From the NCBI RefSeq assembly GCF_009914755.1, contig NC_060934.1: DNA of 64,000 nucleotides; one strand, given 5' to 3'. A model generated the notes under the pieces. That model was not told where the DNA came from, searched no databases, and saw nothing but the letters and a program-made list of their open reading frames with translations. Below are positions 62,001 to 64,000 of the stretch, in pieces; the stretch's first letter is position 1, and each line of letters starts with the position of its first letter. This DNA is from the human T2T-CHM13v2.0 reference genome, Homo sapiens. Both the position numbers and the translations under genes were made by a program.

Positions 62001-64000
62001 AGTTTGGAAACACTCTATTTGTAAAGTCTGCAAGTGGATATTTGGACCTCTTTGAGGCCTTCGTTGGAAACGGGATTTCTTCATACAACGCTAGACAGAA
62101 GAATTCTCAGTAACTTCTTTGTGTTGTGTGTATTCAACTCACAGAGTTGAACCTTTCTTTAGAGAGAGCAGAGTTGAAACACTCTGTTTTTGGAATTTGC
62201 AACTGCAGATTTCAAGCGATTCTAGGCCTATGGCAGAAAAGGAAATATCTTCGTATAAAAACTACACAGAATCATTCTCAACAACTACTTTGTGATGTGT
62301 GCGTTCAACTCACAGAGTTTAACCTTTCTTTTCATAGAGCAGTTTGGAAACACTCTGTTTGTAAAGCCTGCAAGTGCTTTTTTGGACTTCATTGAGGCCT
62401 TCGTTGGAAACGGGATTTCTTCATATAATGCTAGACAGAAGAATTCTCAGTCACTTCTTTGTGTTGTGTGTATTCAAGTCACAGAGTTGAACCTTCCTTT
62501 AGACAGAGCAGTTTTGAAAAATTCTTTCTGTGTAATTTGCAAGTGGAGATTTCAAGCGATTTGAGGCTAATCTTTGAAATGGAAATATCTTCGTGTAAAA
62601 ACTACACAGAATCATTCTCAGAAACTGCTTTGTCATCTGTGCGTTCAGTTCACAGAGTTTCACCTTTCTCTTCATAGAGCAGTTTGGAAAGACTCTGTCT
62701 GTAAAGTCTGCAAGTGATTAGTTAGACCCCTTTGAGGCCTTCGTTGGAAGCGGGATTTCTCATTTACTGCTAGACAGAAGAATTCTCAGTAAATCCTTTG
62801 TGTTGTGTGTATTCAACTCACAGAGTGGAACCTTCCTTTATTCAGAGCACTTTTGAAACACTCTTTTTGTGGAATTTGCAAGTGGAGATTTCAAGCGATT
62901 TGACGCCAATCTTAGACATGGAAATGTCTTCATATTAAAAGTACACAGAGTCATTCGTAGAAACTAGTTTGTGATGTGTGCCTTCAACTCACAGAGTTTA
63001 ACCTTTCTTTTCATAGAGCAGTTGGGAAACACTCTATTTGTAAAGTCTGCAAGTGGATATTTGGACCTCTTTGAGGCCTTCGTTGGAAACGGGATTTCTT
63101 CATATAACGCTAGACAGAAGAATTCTCAGTAACTTCTTTGTGTTGTGTGTATTCAACTCACAGAGTTGAACCTTTCTTTAGAGGGAGCAGAGGTGAAACA
63201 CTCTTTTTGTGGAATTTGCTAGTGTAGATTTCAAACGCTTCGAAGACAGTGATAGAAAAGGATATATCTTCGTATTAAAAGTAGACAAAATCATTCTCAG
63301 AAAACTCTTTGTGATGTGTGTGTTCAACTCACAGAGTTTAACCTTTCTTTAATCGAGCAGTTTGGAAATACACTCTTTGTAAGTCTGCAGGTGGATATTT
63401 GGCCCTCTTTGAGCCCTTCGTTGGAAACGGGATTTCCTCATATAATGCTAGACAGAAGAATTCTCAGTAACTTCTTTGTGTTGTTTGTATTCAACACACA
63501 GATTTGAACCTTCCTTTAGAGAGAGCAGATTTGAAACACTCTGTTTTTGGAATTTGCAAGTGCAGATTTCAAGCGCTTCTAGGCCTATGGCAGAAAAGGA
63601 AATATCTTCGTATAAAAACTACACAGAATCATTCTCAACAACTACTTTGTGATGTGTGCGTTCAACTCACAGAGTTTAACCTTTCTTTTCATAGAGCAGT
63701 TTGGAAACACTCTGTTTGTAAAGCCTGCAAGTGCTTTTTTGGACTTCATTGAGGCCTTCGTTGGAAACGGGATTTCTTCATATAATGCTAGACAGAAGAA
63801 TTCTCAGTCACTTCTTTGTGTTGTGTGTATTCAAGTCACAGAGTTGAGCCTTCCTTTAGACAGAGCAGTTTTGAAAAATTCTTTCTGTGGAGTTTGCAAG
63901 TGGAGATTTCAAGCGATTTGAGGCTAATCTTTGAAATGGAAATATCTTCGTGTAAAAACTACACAGAATCATTCTCAGAAACTGCTTTGTCATCTGTGCG

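Larger units (their letters stand above)
43784..63795 (+). repeat. Alternating domain: 6-mer followed by an 8-mer or 10-mer (14-mer/16-mer composite units)
   Basis: Unit lengths from 43784: 1019, 1357, 1019, 1693, 1019, 1353, 1019, 1353, 1019, 1693, 1019, 1697, 1019, 1357, 1019, 1357. Confidence 0.93.
1..64000 (+). repeat. Alpha-satellite (alphoid) centromeric higher-order repeat array, SF1-type dimeric organisation
   Basis: Seen: head-to-tail ~170 bp monomers (376 monomers in 63,795 bp) with typical alphoid motifs (cattctcagaaact, ttcaactcacagagttgaac, gagcagtttggaaacactct). An EcoRI site (gaattc) occurs every ~340 bp and a CENP-B box in alternate monomers. Established: the 340 bp EcoRI dimer periodicity is characteristic of SF1 (J1/J2) alpha satellite. 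Confidence 0.99.
1..64000 (+). other. Probable human chromosome 10 live centromeric array D10Z1 (S1C10H1L)
   Basis: Seen: SF1 8-mer (1357 bp) interspersed with a 6-mer (1019 bp), one RsaI site (aaagtacac) per HOR, and a PstI site (gtctgcagg) in the 8-mer-specific dimer. Recalled knowledge: D10Z1 is an SF1 8-mer with an abundant 6-mer variant. Inference only: D12Z3 is also an SF1 8-mer, so alignment to T2T centromeres is needed. Confidence 0.8.

Noticed and set aside
21-63921. Many 63-90 aa plus-strand ORFs (MCCVYSS..., MCIQLTE..., MMCAFNS..., MNLPLER..., MCVQLTE...)
   Set aside because: They recur at HOR period, overlap in different frames, mostly begin at TTG/GTG and are simply translations of alphoid monomers. 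I recognise no protein domain or gene structure. Used only as positional markers.
1-64000. CRISPR-like regular repeats (conserved CENP-B box/EcoRI motifs separated by more variable sequence)
   Set aside because: Intervening sequence is itself repeated near-identically, with no unique spacers and no cas genes; this is satellite DNA.
1-64000. Transposon insertions (Alu, L1), inversions or non-satellite islands
   Set aside because: All unit lengths are accounted for by 1019, 1357, 1353, 1693 or 1697 bp and all CENP-B boxes seen are on the + strand, leaving no room for insertions.

Overview
The whole 64 kb window is one uninterrupted, single-orientation array of primate centromeric alpha-satellite DNA (about 170 bp monomers). 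It is built from about 340 bp EcoRI-delimited dimers, with a canonical CENP-B box in every second monomer (suprachromosomal family 1 organisation). There are 53 complete higher-order repeat (HOR) units plus a partial one at the right edge: 27 six-mers (1019 bp), 23 eight-mers (1357 bp, or 1353 bp with a 4-bp deletion) and 3 ten-mers (1693/1697 bp). The interspersed 6-mer/8-mer pattern, with one RsaI site per HOR, best fits the human chromosome 10 live array D10Z1 (S1C10H1L). That assignment is an inference and was not database-checked. I found no genes, RNA genes, transposons, inversions or CRISPR arrays; all listed ORFs are by-products of the repeat. I do not see a new gene-based biological system. 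What is notable is the array's internal history. Left: HOR-of-HOR blocks of 10,861, 7,128, 5,771 and 8,143 bp, plus a 17,989 bp duplication. Right: a switch near 39-44 kb to a more variant-rich, strictly alternating 6/(8 or 10) domain carrying a spreading 4-bp deletion and recombinant 10-mers. Unit order from position 1: [6 6 8 6 8 8 6 8 8][6 6 8 6 8 8][6 6 8 6 8 8 6 8 8][6 6 8 6 8][6 6 8 6 8d 6 8][6 6 8 6 10d 6 8d 6 8d 6 10d 6 10 6 8 6 8], where d = 4-bp deletion. Variants were read by eye, so some may have been missed.
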